A stretch of DNA of 34,977 nucleotides from a virus (lineage: Duplodnaviria; Caudoviricetes): IMG/VR virus record IMGVR_UViG_3300017903_001572, positions 1 through 34,977 of that record; one strand, 5' to 3'. Below the pieces are notes generated by a model that had not been told where the DNA came from, made no database searches, and saw nothing but the letters and a program-made list of their open reading frames with translations. Every line of letters starts with the position of its first letter. The first letter of the stretch is position 1. Positions 25,380-31,483 of this stretch are shown here, in pieces. The position numbers were made by a program, and so were the translations under genes.

Positions 25380-25529
25380 CTCATAGTGGTCGGTCTCACG
25401 CTTGAACTTTGCTACCTTCTTCTTTGCACTTCTTCGGATGTTCTTCACTTCATACCCGAAGTCTTCAAATTCGTCTTCAAACTGATAACGAGGGTTATCA
25501 GAATCACGGCGATAGTTCTTCTTACTCAT
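25368..25529 (-). CDS. Hypothetical charged peptide (53 aa), not in the ORF track
   Basis: MSKKNYRRDSDNPRYQFEDEFEDFGYEVKNIRRSAKKKVAKFKRETDHYEDSY; late-like CTAAATA at 25578-25572 upstream. Confidence 0.65.
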   Translation of the reverse strand: MSKKNYRRDSDNPRYQFEDEFEDFGYEVKNIRRSAKKKVAKFKRETDHYEDSY

Positions 25530-25570
25530 TGTCTTGGATTAGTTACCTCTAGTTTAACCCTGGGGTGACA

Positions 25571-25810
25571 TTATTTAGTAGCAGGGACAATACTACCGTC
25601 TTTGACACAAGAATGAATGAATTTACCAATAGATTCTTTGTTCTTCAGTGTATTTGACAGTTTATCATTGAATTCTTCTGTTTTATCACAGTTGAATTCA
25701 TATTCTTTGTCAATATTACTGTTATATGTGATTTTAACAAGCTTTTCGTCTACTTTTACACATTTTACAGCACTTGAGGCGAAATCTTCGTAAATTTTCA
25801 CGAATTCCAT
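25571..25810 (-). CDS. KTSC-like small protein (79 aa)
   Basis: SSAV…ITY…EYEF…ESIGKFIH pattern resembles KTSC domains. Confidence 0.6.
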   Translation of the reverse strand: MEFVKIYEDFASSAVKCVKVDEKLVKITYNSNIDKEYEFNCDKTEEFNDKLSNTLKNKESIGKFIHSCVKDGSIVPATK

Positions 25811-25915
25811 TAAAATTTAAAGTTTAAGATTCTAAAAAACTCAAAAAACTCACTTTTTTAAAATTCTGAAAAACTCAAAAAAGCGAAAAAGTGAGATTTC
25901 TGTGTTTCTCCAAAT

Positions 25916-25971
25916 ATTATAGGGGTCTCAGAGGTGTTTCTGTGGTCCTGTGTGCCACTTTGAGGTCTGTC
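25916..25971 (-). promoter_or_regulatory. Early promoter cassette 8
   Basis: TATAAT at 25921-25916; gccactt-tgag-gtctgtc at 25954-25971; 32 nt gap. Confidence 0.65.
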
Positions 25972-26087
25972 CACCCTTTCTTGACTTTCGTTAGGTTGCG
26001 TGCTAAGCCAGCCTCTCCAGAGTACCTTTACAGCATCTTGACAGTAACTACCGAGCTACTATACTATATTTTTTTAATGCTTTTTTA

Positions 26088-26172
26088 TTATTGATTCTCA
26101 ACTAGGGGACCTTATTGAGAACCCTTGGTATGACTAACGCGGAAGCACCTTGAAAACCTTATTGATTCTCAA
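26088..26172. repeat. 14-bp direct repeat TTATTGATTCTCAA (x2) with an intervening inverted half-site
   Basis: Exact copies at 26088-26101 and 26159-26172; TTGAGAA at 26115-26121 is the inverse of TTCTCAA. Confidence 0.75.
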
Positions 26173-26182
26173 TAGCAAATGG

Positions 26183-26407
26183 TTACATAAAACCTTTGCC
26201 TTTGCTATCCTTTTGTTTGATATCTACTACCTTGACATGAGATAGTCTACCTAGATGACATGCTTTAAACCATGCTGCTCTTAGTAGGTCATAGTCTTCA
26301 AATGTGATTGGTTCTTCTTGTTCTTTAATGTAGAGATCATAGTGATGTCTATCATATGGTTCGTTACTTGTTTGTGTGAACCAATTAGACTGTGGTGTAG
26401 GTGTCAT
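26183..26407 (-). CDS. Hypothetical protein (74 aa)
   Basis: FTQTSNEPYDRHHY…FEDY…W…KGKGF; operon-packed. Confidence 0.75.
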   Translation of the reverse strand: MTPTPQSNWFTQTSNEPYDRHHYDLYIKEQEEPITFEDYDLLRAAWFKACHLGRLSHVKVVDIKQKDSKGKGFM

Positions 26408-26624
26408 CGTATTGTGATTGTCTATGTCCTAGGTATGTTACATTACTGAACTCTTCATTAAAGACTAGTATGAGAACATGATGTTTCTTATGCATAGTAA
26501 CTAGATCATCTTCTTTTAGTTTAGTTGCTACCTCTAGTGTGAAGTATTCATCAGTGATAGAGTATACCCAACCTTCATGCTCTCTCCATTTAACACGATC
26601 ATTAATTGTTGGTTCGTAGTTCAT
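26385..26624 (-). CDS. Hypothetical protein (79 aa), small beta-barrel-like
   Basis: YEPTINDRVKW…EGWVY…EYFTLEV pattern. Confidence 0.75.
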   Translation of the reverse strand: MNYEPTINDRVKWREHEGWVYSITDEYFTLEVATKLKEDDLVTMHKKHHVLILVFNEEFSNVTYLGHRQSQYDDTYTTV

Positions 26625-26719
26625 TTACATACTAGCATTGTTTGATCTAATTTGTATAGTGTTACGAGGGCAATGATGAATTGTAGGTATGGGAGCATTA
26701 ATGTGATACGTTGTCTCAT

Positions 26720-26875
26720 TCAAATCTTAAATGGATATGGTTTGCCATCATGTGCTAGGGGATAGAGTTCATCTAGTATAGCACGTAACTCATGATAGTA
26801 GGGTTGATTGTTGACATTCTTAGTCTGCTCTTTGCGGACACATGCTTCAATCGTTTGCCATTGACGTTGGTTCAT
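26720..26875 (-). CDS. Hypothetical protein (51 aa), not in the ORF track
   Basis: MNQRQWQTIEACVRKEQ…YYHELRAILDELYPLAH…; ATGA-coupled to the upstream gene. Confidence 0.6.
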   Translation of the reverse strand: MNQRQWQTIEACVRKEQTKNVNNQPYYHELRAILDELYPLAHDGKPYPFKI

Positions 26876-27030
26876 TGTAGGCGTAGTTTGTAATCCTTTA
26901 GTTTGTTGATCAGTTCTTGGTGATCTGTTACACCTATTGTAATCATTTCTCGTGAACGTGCAATGTCATGATTAGACATTGTTTCAAGTGCGGTGATGAT
27001 GTGATTAACTTCGTGTAGTGTGAGGTTCAT
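26872..27030 (-). CDS. Hypothetical protein (52 aa)
   Basis: Start moved to ATG 27030 (MNLTLHEVNHIITALE…), ATGA overlap with the upstream peptide. Confidence 0.6.
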   Translation of the reverse strand: MNLTLHEVNHIITALETMSNHDIARSREMITIGVTDHQELINKLKDYKLRLQ

Positions 27031-27149
27031 GTGAAGTTGGTGAGTGATTTGTATACGTTTGCAATTGACATGTGCCCATGGAAGTATCCCAACGCAATGA
27101 TGCTGAGGGCAAATACAAAACATGCCACTAGTGATAATACTAGCGGCAC
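27027..27149 (-). CDS. Putative single-pass membrane peptide (40 aa, GTG start)
   Basis: MPLVLSLVACFVFALSIIALGYFHGHMSIANVYKSLTNFT; hydrophobic N-terminal half. Confidence 0.5.
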   Translation of the reverse strand: MPLVLSLVACFVFALSIIALGYFHGHMSIANVYKSLTNFT

Positions 27150-27172
27150 AGTTTCATTGGTGTACTTGGTCA

Positions 27173-27370
27173 TTAGTTCCATCTCAATGTCTTGAGATAA
27201 TCTAACACATTCTTCCTTACATCCATCAACTCATGATAACAGCGTTGATTATGAGCACAAGAACGCAAAGCAGGATCAGGTTCAATGACAGACTCAATAA
27301 AGATGTCTAGTCCACGATTCCACTTGTCCTTCTTAGACTCGCCATCAGGGATAGTGTTCTGATCTTTCAT
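27173..27370 (-). CDS. Hypothetical protein (65 aa)
   Basis: KWNRGLDIFIESV…LRSCAHNQRCYHELMDVR. Confidence 0.75.
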   Translation of the reverse strand: MKDQNTIPDGESKKDKWNRGLDIFIESVIEPDPALRSCAHNQRCYHELMDVRKNVLDYLKTLRWN

Positions 27371-27599
27371 CCAATTTTCTCAGTGTAATTGTATTATCTA
27401 GTGATACATCCCACTCTATCATATCACCTGTATTCCATTGTAGCTCTTTTAGCATTTCTTCAGGAATAGGGAGAAACAGGTCATCACCGTCCTCTTCCAG
27501 TGTAACAGTATAACTTGTATTTTGGATGATAGCGTTCAATGTACTTTCTTGCATGTTCTTCGCATGTGAACCAGCACTTTTTCTTTTCGGATTGGTCAT
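27345..27599 (-). CDS. AbrB/MazE/SpoVT-like DNA-binding protein (up to 84 aa)
   Basis: YTVTLEEDGDDLFLPIPEEMLKELQWNTGDMIEW…TITLRK matches the looped-hinge-helix pattern (L-x-IP-x3-L-x2-L-x-W-x2-GD-x-L/I). Confidence 0.65.
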   Translation of the reverse strand: MTNPKRKSAGSHAKNMQESTLNAIIQNTSYTVTLEEDGDDLFLPIPEEMLKELQWNTGDMIEWDVSLDNTITLRKLDERSEHYP

Positions 27600-27942
27600 C
27601 TAGGTAATAGGGAAATGTCTCAACATGAGGAAATAACTCTAGTTTCCTAGAGTTAATGACCTTAATCTCATTCTTGGAAACCTTCTTGCGAGAACGTGTC
27701 GTAGTTGACGTTTTGGATGTACCCGTCGTAGATTTCGTCGTAGTCCTTGTACTCTTTGCCTTCGCTTTCGCTGTTGAGGTACTCTTGGACTTCTTCTCTG
27801 ATGATGTCGTCAGGGTCTTGAGCGACTCGTTTAGCTTCTTCTGCGTAGTTGCGGATGAGGTTGATGAAGTCTTCCGCTGTGAAGTCTTTGAAGACTGCTT
27901 CGTCTTCTTTGTCCCAGTCAATGGTGAGCGAGCCATCCTCAT
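27484..27942 (-). CDS. Hypothetical protein (152 aa): K/S/T-rich N-terminal tail plus compact aromatic/Cys C-terminal domain; start uncertain
   Basis: C-terminus LFPHVETFPYYL…KCWFTCEEHARKYIERY looks like a real domain. The N-terminus overlaps 27668-27964 in another frame. Confidence 0.5.
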   Translation of the reverse strand: MRMARSPLTGTKKTKQSSKTSQRKTSSTSSATTQKKLNESLKTLTTSSEKKSKSTSTAKAKAKSTRTTTKSTTGTSKTSTTTRSRKKVSKNEIKVINSRKLELFPHVETFPYYLDDQSEKKKCWFTCEEHARKYIERYHPKYKLYCYTGRGR

Positions 27943-27964
27943 TCTCCGTTACGTTGAGTGCCAT
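27668..27964 (-). CDS. Hypothetical acidic protein (98 aa)
   Basis: LNVTENEDGSLTIDWD…FTAEDFINLIR motif. Confidence 0.75.
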   Translation of the reverse strand: MALNVTENEDGSLTIDWDKEDEAVFKDFTAEDFINLIRNYAEEAKRVAQDPDDIIREEVQEYLNSESEGKEYKDYDEIYDGYIQNVNYDTFSQEGFQE

Positions 27965-28032
27965 GGTTGCGGATCTCCTGTCTAATGATCTCTGCTTGTG
28001 AGTATTCTTTGTTGGTATACGCAGTCATGTAA

Positions 28033-28260
28033 TCAAGAATTAGTTTCTTGATCGTAGAGTGCTTGGAGTTCTTCTTCGTCATAGAACATTGTGACCTCTT
28101 GCTCATAATTGTTGGGATCCATCCACTCAAACCACTCATCAGCGAAGCAGATAGCATCATCATGACGATCTTCAGCGATCAACTCGCGGAAACGCTCACA
28201 CACCCACTCACAGATGTCGTCACGTTGACCAGAGATACGAAGGGCATCAATGTTATTCAT
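28033..28260 (-). CDS. Hypothetical acidic protein (75 aa)
   Basis: ATGA-coupled to the upstream ORF. Confidence 0.7.
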   Translation of the reverse strand: MNNIDALRISGQRDDICEWVCERFRELIAEDRHDDAICFADEWFEWMDPNNYEQEVTMFYDEEELQALYDQETNS

Positions 28261-28550
28261 AGTTTGATCAGAGTCAGTTTGTTGTTGAGGTGGTCGTAAG
28301 AAACAAATTCTACGTCCTGGGGGAGCGACTCAATGATAGCACGGGTGAACTCCAGTGTAAAGTGACCATGATAACGCCAGAAACGACGATACTCATCACT
28401 GTACTGCTCTGCTGTCGTATTGACAGGTACGCTATACTCACCACGAGTGTAACGATTGGGTAATGGTGCCAGCAACTTCTTGATGTCAGTGACAATCAAA
28501 GGAGCAGTATACTGTGGTTTAATCTTACAATAACGTGAGAGATAGATCAT
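28257..28550 (-). CDS. Hypothetical protein (97 aa)
   Basis: ATGA-coupled on both sides; FVSYDHLNNKLTL C-terminus. Confidence 0.7.
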   Translation of the reverse strand: MIYLSRYCKIKPQYTAPLIVTDIKKLLAPLPNRYTRGEYSVPVNTTAEQYSDEYRRFWRYHGHFTLEFTRAIIESLPQDVEFVSYDHLNNKLTLIKL

Positions 28551-28774
28551 TTGACAAAGACTCCAGTGTCATGTTCAGTATGCAGTTGTGCTGCTTGTTT
28601 GAGATAGTAGCACATGTGGGCAACATATTCAACGTCTTCTTCGTTTGGTTCAAAATCATAAGCACAATCCCATTCAACACTACCATCAGTATTGACAGGA
28701 GCACCGTAGAAGTCGTTACCATCTAGAGCAAATGCATTGTCACCAGCGACAATGTAGAACTCGGGAGCGGACAT
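28547..28774 (-). CDS. Hypothetical acidic protein (75 aa)
   Basis: First gene after the sigma70-type promoter at 28801-28829. Confidence 0.7.
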   Translation of the reverse strand: MSAPEFYIVAGDNAFALDGNDFYGAPVNTDGSVEWDCAYDFEPNEEDVEYVAHMCYYLKQAAQLHTEHDTGVFVK

Positions 28775-28800
28775 TGGAGGAAAAGCGAATGAACTAGAAT

Positions 28801-28829
28801 AATTTAGCAGAGAAAGGGCAGATTGTCAA
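28801..28829 (-). promoter_or_regulatory. Host-like sigma70 promoter TTGACA-N17-TAAATT (extended TG)
   Basis: tgtcaa at 28824-28829 and aattta at 28801-28806 on +. Confidence 0.65.
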
Positions 28830-29284
28830 CGCTTGTAGAGATAACCACCTGCCCAATCGCAGTTCTCCAACACGAATTCGCGATCTTTGATGACGCGGAG
28901 ATCAAAACGAACACCATTCTTGGCAGGTGCTTTCCAGGATGCTGCCATGTACATTTCACCAGTCTTCTTGTCAACAAATGCATGGACAGAGCGAGAGTCA
29001 CTCTCGGTCACCATGATGATCTTGTGATACTTGCGACCAGTCTCAATGATGAACTTGTAGTGGTCACCATTCTGGATCTCAGCAATACGCTGCTCAGTCA
29101 CTTTGGTCATGATCTCAGGATTGCCAGTCTCATTAGCAGCGAAGAACTTCTGGCGACGGATGGTAGTCTCAATGTAGTCTTGCTCCAGTGCGAGGCAGAG
29201 CATCTGAGTCCACTCAAGCACGTTGTCAGCGATCTGCTGACGAGCATCAGCGGTGGCACAGTAGTCAGCGAAGGTGGTGGTCAT
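28826..29284 (-). CDS. Conserved T4-like phage hypothetical protein (152 aa)
   Basis: GRKYHKI…SVHAFVDKKTGEMYMAASWKAPAK…WAGGYLY motif. Confidence 0.85.
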   Translation of the reverse strand: MTTTFADYCATADARQQIADNVLEWTQMLCLALEQDYIETTIRRQKFFAANETGNPEIMTKVTEQRIAEIQNGDHYKFIIETGRKYHKIIMVTESDSRSVHAFVDKKTGEMYMAASWKAPAKNGVRFDLRVIKDREFVLENCDWAGGYLYKR

Positions 29285-29290
29285 TGGTCT

Positions 29291-29363
29291 GTTGCGTTGA
29301 TGAACTTAGTATAGGGTAGGTCAGGCAGTGATGCCGAGCATTTGGTGCAGTTCATCAACTGTC
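29291..29363 (-). promoter_or_regulatory. Early promoter cassette 9
   Basis: TATACT at 29313-29308; tgcagtt-catc-aactgtc at 29346-29363; 32 nt gap. Confidence 0.7.
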
Positions 29364-29485
29364 ACCTCCAACTCTGCTGCTGCCTGCACATCCCACATAC
29401 GATTGTTTGCTTCGCATTGCATAATGAACATAGGGTCTTCACACATTTCTGCAATCAATTCTTCAAAAGTCAGAGAGTCATTCAT
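29321..29485 (-). CDS. Hypothetical protein (54 aa), not in the ORF track
   Basis: MNDSLTFEELIAEMCEDPMFIMQCEANNRMWDVQAAAELEVTVDELHQMLGITA; TGATG-coupled; VTVDELH is encoded by the palindrome. Confidence 0.65.
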   Translation of the reverse strand: MNDSLTFEELIAEMCEDPMFIMQCEANNRMWDVQAAAELEVTVDELHQMLGITA

Positions 29486-29649
29486 CAGTAGTGTGCCTCG
29501 GAAGTGTCAAGTTTGTCGGACCATTCAGCAATAGCGTTGTAGCACTTGCTGTAGTCTACGAAGTCAGGACCATGGTTGAGCAGGAAGTCAAAGGCATACT
29601 TCAGACGGTTCTCAGGGACAGAGAGGTGTTGCTTGAGTTTGGCGTTCAT
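29485..29649 (-). CDS. Hypothetical protein (54 aa), not in the ORF track
   Basis: MNAKLKQHLSVPENRLKYAFDFLLNHGPDFVDYSKCYNAIAEWSDKLDTSEAHY; GGGAG RBS; follows cassette 10. Confidence 0.7.
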   Translation of the reverse strand: MNAKLKQHLSVPENRLKYAFDFLLNHGPDFVDYSKCYNAIAEWSDKLDTSEAHY

Positions 29650-29674
29650 GTGGTGCTCCCTTGACGACTTCTAT

Positions 29675-29729
29675 AGAATACATCATTCGGGGTGCTGTGG
29701 GGCACTTGGTAGACAGCTCTGCAACTGGT
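29675..29729 (-). promoter_or_regulatory. Early promoter cassette 10
   Basis: TATTCT at 29680-29675; gacagct-ctgc-aactggt at 29712-29729 (31 nt gap); leader GAAGTCGTCA shared with cassette 7. Confidence 0.65.
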
Positions 29730-29880
29730 TGTACAGGACACTGGCATTGACGTTGTGATGGTAAGAATACTGCTCAGTGTGACCCAGAGGACAACCCATC
29801 ATCATGTCCAGCAGGAATCGGATCTGAGAGGCAGTCAGGGGCACGTCAGTGGTCTCAGTCCTAGCATCAGGTTCAGGCAT
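29683..29880 (-). CDS. Hypothetical protein (65 aa)
   Basis: ORF track; VPLTASQIRFLLDMM motif. Confidence 0.6.
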   Translation of the reverse strand: MPEPDARTETTDVPLTASQIRFLLDMMMGCPLGHTEQYSYHHNVNASVLYNQLQSCLPSAPQHPE

Positions 29881-29910
29881 CTTACAGGAGGTTCTAGAGG
29901 GGTCTCAGGG

Positions 29911-30072
29911 TCAGTCTCCCATCACAGGGAACACGTCCACTGTGCTCACGTTGGGATCTTTTTGGATATTCTTAATGAAATGCACTACATCGTCATCATT
30001 AAACATAACAACAGACTGACGCTCATTATTCACTCGGTCTTTGCGTTGCCACCATTCAATGCGAAATTTCAT
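29911..30072 (-). CDS. Hypothetical protein (53 aa), not in the ORF track
   Basis: MKFRIEWWQRKDRVNNERQSVVMFNDDDVVHFIKNIQKDPNVSTVDVFPVMGD; ATGA-coupled. Confidence 0.6.
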   Translation of the reverse strand: MKFRIEWWQRKDRVNNERQSVVMFNDDDVVHFIKNIQKDPNVSTVDVFPVMGD

Positions 30073-30434
30073 AGGGAAGATCCTCGTTGGAATTTGTGAA
30101 TATCACCAAGGGTGATATGTGCGGCATAACCATAGGTGGTAGTGCCGTCTTCATTATACACAGGTTCTTGCTGTGCTGGTAGATTCTCTGCATAATCGTT
30201 AAGATCTACTTCACGGTTGCCCATCATAAGAGACCTGAGTGCAATAGCACGATCCATGCTGCTCTTATGATACTCAATTACATCATTGACGCAAGATAGC
30301 ATCTCCTCATATGTCTGTCGTGCTGATGCTTTATCATCTTGGAGATAATCGTCAATCGCATCTTGCATACGACATTTGCGTTGCTTTTCATAAGTGTTGT
30401 CAGGTCCAAGATAAGGGCGTCCTTCAATAGTCAT
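30069..30434 (-). CDS. Hypothetical protein (121 aa)
   Basis: Follows the TTGACA-N18-TAGAAT promoter. Confidence 0.75.
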   Translation of the reverse strand: MTIEGRPYLGPDNTYEKQRKCRMQDAIDDYLQDDKASARQTYEEMLSCVNDVIEYHKSSMDRAIALRSLMMGNREVDLNDYAENLPAQQEPVYNEDGTTTYGYAAHITLGDIHKFQRGSSL

Positions 30435-30458
30435 GATGTTAGAACTTGATAGATCTCC

Positions 30459-30488
30459 ATTCTAATTGGTATACTGCATCAATGTCAA
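30459..30488 (-). promoter_or_regulatory. Host-like sigma70 promoter TTGACA-N18-TAGAAT
   Basis: tgtcaa at 30483-30488 and attcta at 30459-30464 on +. Confidence 0.6.
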
Positions 30489-30520
30489 CCAAGTTGCGAG
30501 CAATGTAATCTTTCATTTGC

Positions 30521-30703
30521 TTACGATTGTACATCAGAATCGCTGGTCTCTCGTCCAGAAACTCTATCCTCCACACTTCGGGTTTCGCTTTCATTTTGTT
30601 TTACCACAGTGTCATTATTATGTAGACCCAGTTGGCGTCTTTTCTCATATAAGTCAGGGTGTGGTGCATAGAGCGGACCCTGATAATCTCTCTTCTCAGT
30701 CAT
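30521..30703 (-). CDS. Hypothetical protein (60 aa)
   Basis: ORF track; YQGPLYAPH motif; overlaps the upstream stop. Confidence 0.55.
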   Translation of the reverse strand: MTEKRDYQGPLYAPHPDLYEKRRQLGLHNNDTVVKQNESETRSVEDRVSGRETSDSDVQS

Positions 30704-30992
30704 AGAAATTACTGATAACAGGTCTCATTGGTTTAAGAATCTGCATCGCAGTATATGGTGTTGTTTTATTGATGTCTACCTGATCTCCTTGCTTGCGGGA
30801 GTTGATAGGCGAGTAATAGGTGCGTTGCTTTGTGTTGTAGAATCCCCAAATAGTTTTTGCAACAGCACCACCGTTGTAAGTGAATTGAGCATGATTGCAA
30901 CACCAAATAGATAAAATGTTGCGTCGGAATTCCTCAACTTCGTAAGTGTATCCTTTAGGTGGGTCATGAATAAAATCGGGTGGTAACTCCAT
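30696..30992 (-). CDS. Conserved cyanophage hypothetical protein (98 aa)
   Basis: FIHDPPKGYTY…SIW…KTIWGFY…PINS…TTPYTAMQ motif. Confidence 0.8.
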   Translation of the reverse strand: MELPPDFIHDPPKGYTYEVEEFRRNILSIWCCNHAQFTYNGGAVAKTIWGFYNTKQRTYYSPINSRKQGDQVDINKTTPYTAMQILKPMRPVISNFYD

Positions 30993-31159
30993 CAGAAAAC
31001 ATTAGTCCAGCGGGTGTGTTGTGCTTTGGTGATCTGACCTGCGTGAAGCATGTTATCACACACATTACAGAACACTTGGAACTTTTCAGTTTTAGTGAGA
31101 GCACTGCCTGTGCAGCACTCTTTGATTGTGTTGATGATCTGTGCTTTAGAAGTGATCAT
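30992..31159 (-). CDS. Hypothetical Cys-containing protein (55 aa), not in the ORF track
   Basis: MITSKAQIINTIKECCTGSALTKTEKFQVFCNVCDNMLHAGQITKAQHTRWTNVF; TGATG-coupled to the next gene. Confidence 0.7.
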   Translation of the reverse strand: MITSKAQIINTIKECCTGSALTKTEKFQVFCNVCDNMLHAGQITKAQHTRWTNVF

Positions 31160-31161
31160 AA

Positions 31162-31404
31162 TCAGCAGTAGACAGGAGAGTAATCGGAACCAGTGTATTC
31201 TTCAGTGTTGATGCCAATGACTTCAGCACCGTTGGCAATATACTGACGAATATCATAGAGAGCGTCAGACTTAACACGAGTGGTAAAAGAAGTCATCTGC
31301 TGATCACACTCAGCGTCAGGATGCCAGATGACACGCTTGACGAAACGCTTGCCAGTGCCAACAGGATAAAAATCAATCTGTGTGGCGGTGGTGAGGAGTC
31401 GCAT
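31162..31404 (-). CDS. Hypothetical protein (80 aa)
   Basis: Follows cassette 11 with a GGGAAG RBS-like site. Confidence 0.75.
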   Translation of the reverse strand: MRLLTTATQIDFYPVGTGKRFVKRVIWHPDAECDQQMTSFTTRVKSDALYDIRQYIANGAEVIGINTEEYTGSDYSPVYC

Positions 31405-31427
31405 GTGCTTCCCTTGATTACTCTGTA

Positions 31428-31483
31428 ATTATAAGGGTCCGCAGCGTCATGCGGAAGGATGCGGGGACAGTTCCGTAACTGTC
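31428..31483 (-). promoter_or_regulatory. Early promoter cassette 11 with the perfect palindrome
   Basis: TATAAT at 31433-31428; GACAGTT-CCGT-AACTGTC at 31466-31483 (32 nt gap); the spacer holds a TCCGCA-N6-TGCGGA hairpin. Confidence 0.75.

Noticed and set aside
21232-26182. tRNA or known riboswitch in the intergenic gaps
   Set aside because: No cloverleaf, T-loop GTTCRA with matching arms, or recognisable Rfam consensus was found by eye. A tRNAscan/Infernal run would be needed to exclude them fully.
26872-27123. 83-aa ORF with Cys/His-rich N-terminus (MFCICPQHHC…) as a metal-binding protein
   Set aside because: The N-terminal part is more likely the alternative frame of the 40-aa membrane peptide; an ATGA-coupled start at 27030 fits better.
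22034-31483. Recurrent palindromes considered as a CRISPR array or integron attC sites
   Set aside because: Copies are degenerate, irregularly spaced by whole genes and tied to -10 boxes. No cas or integrase gene is present and there are no attC R-box ends.
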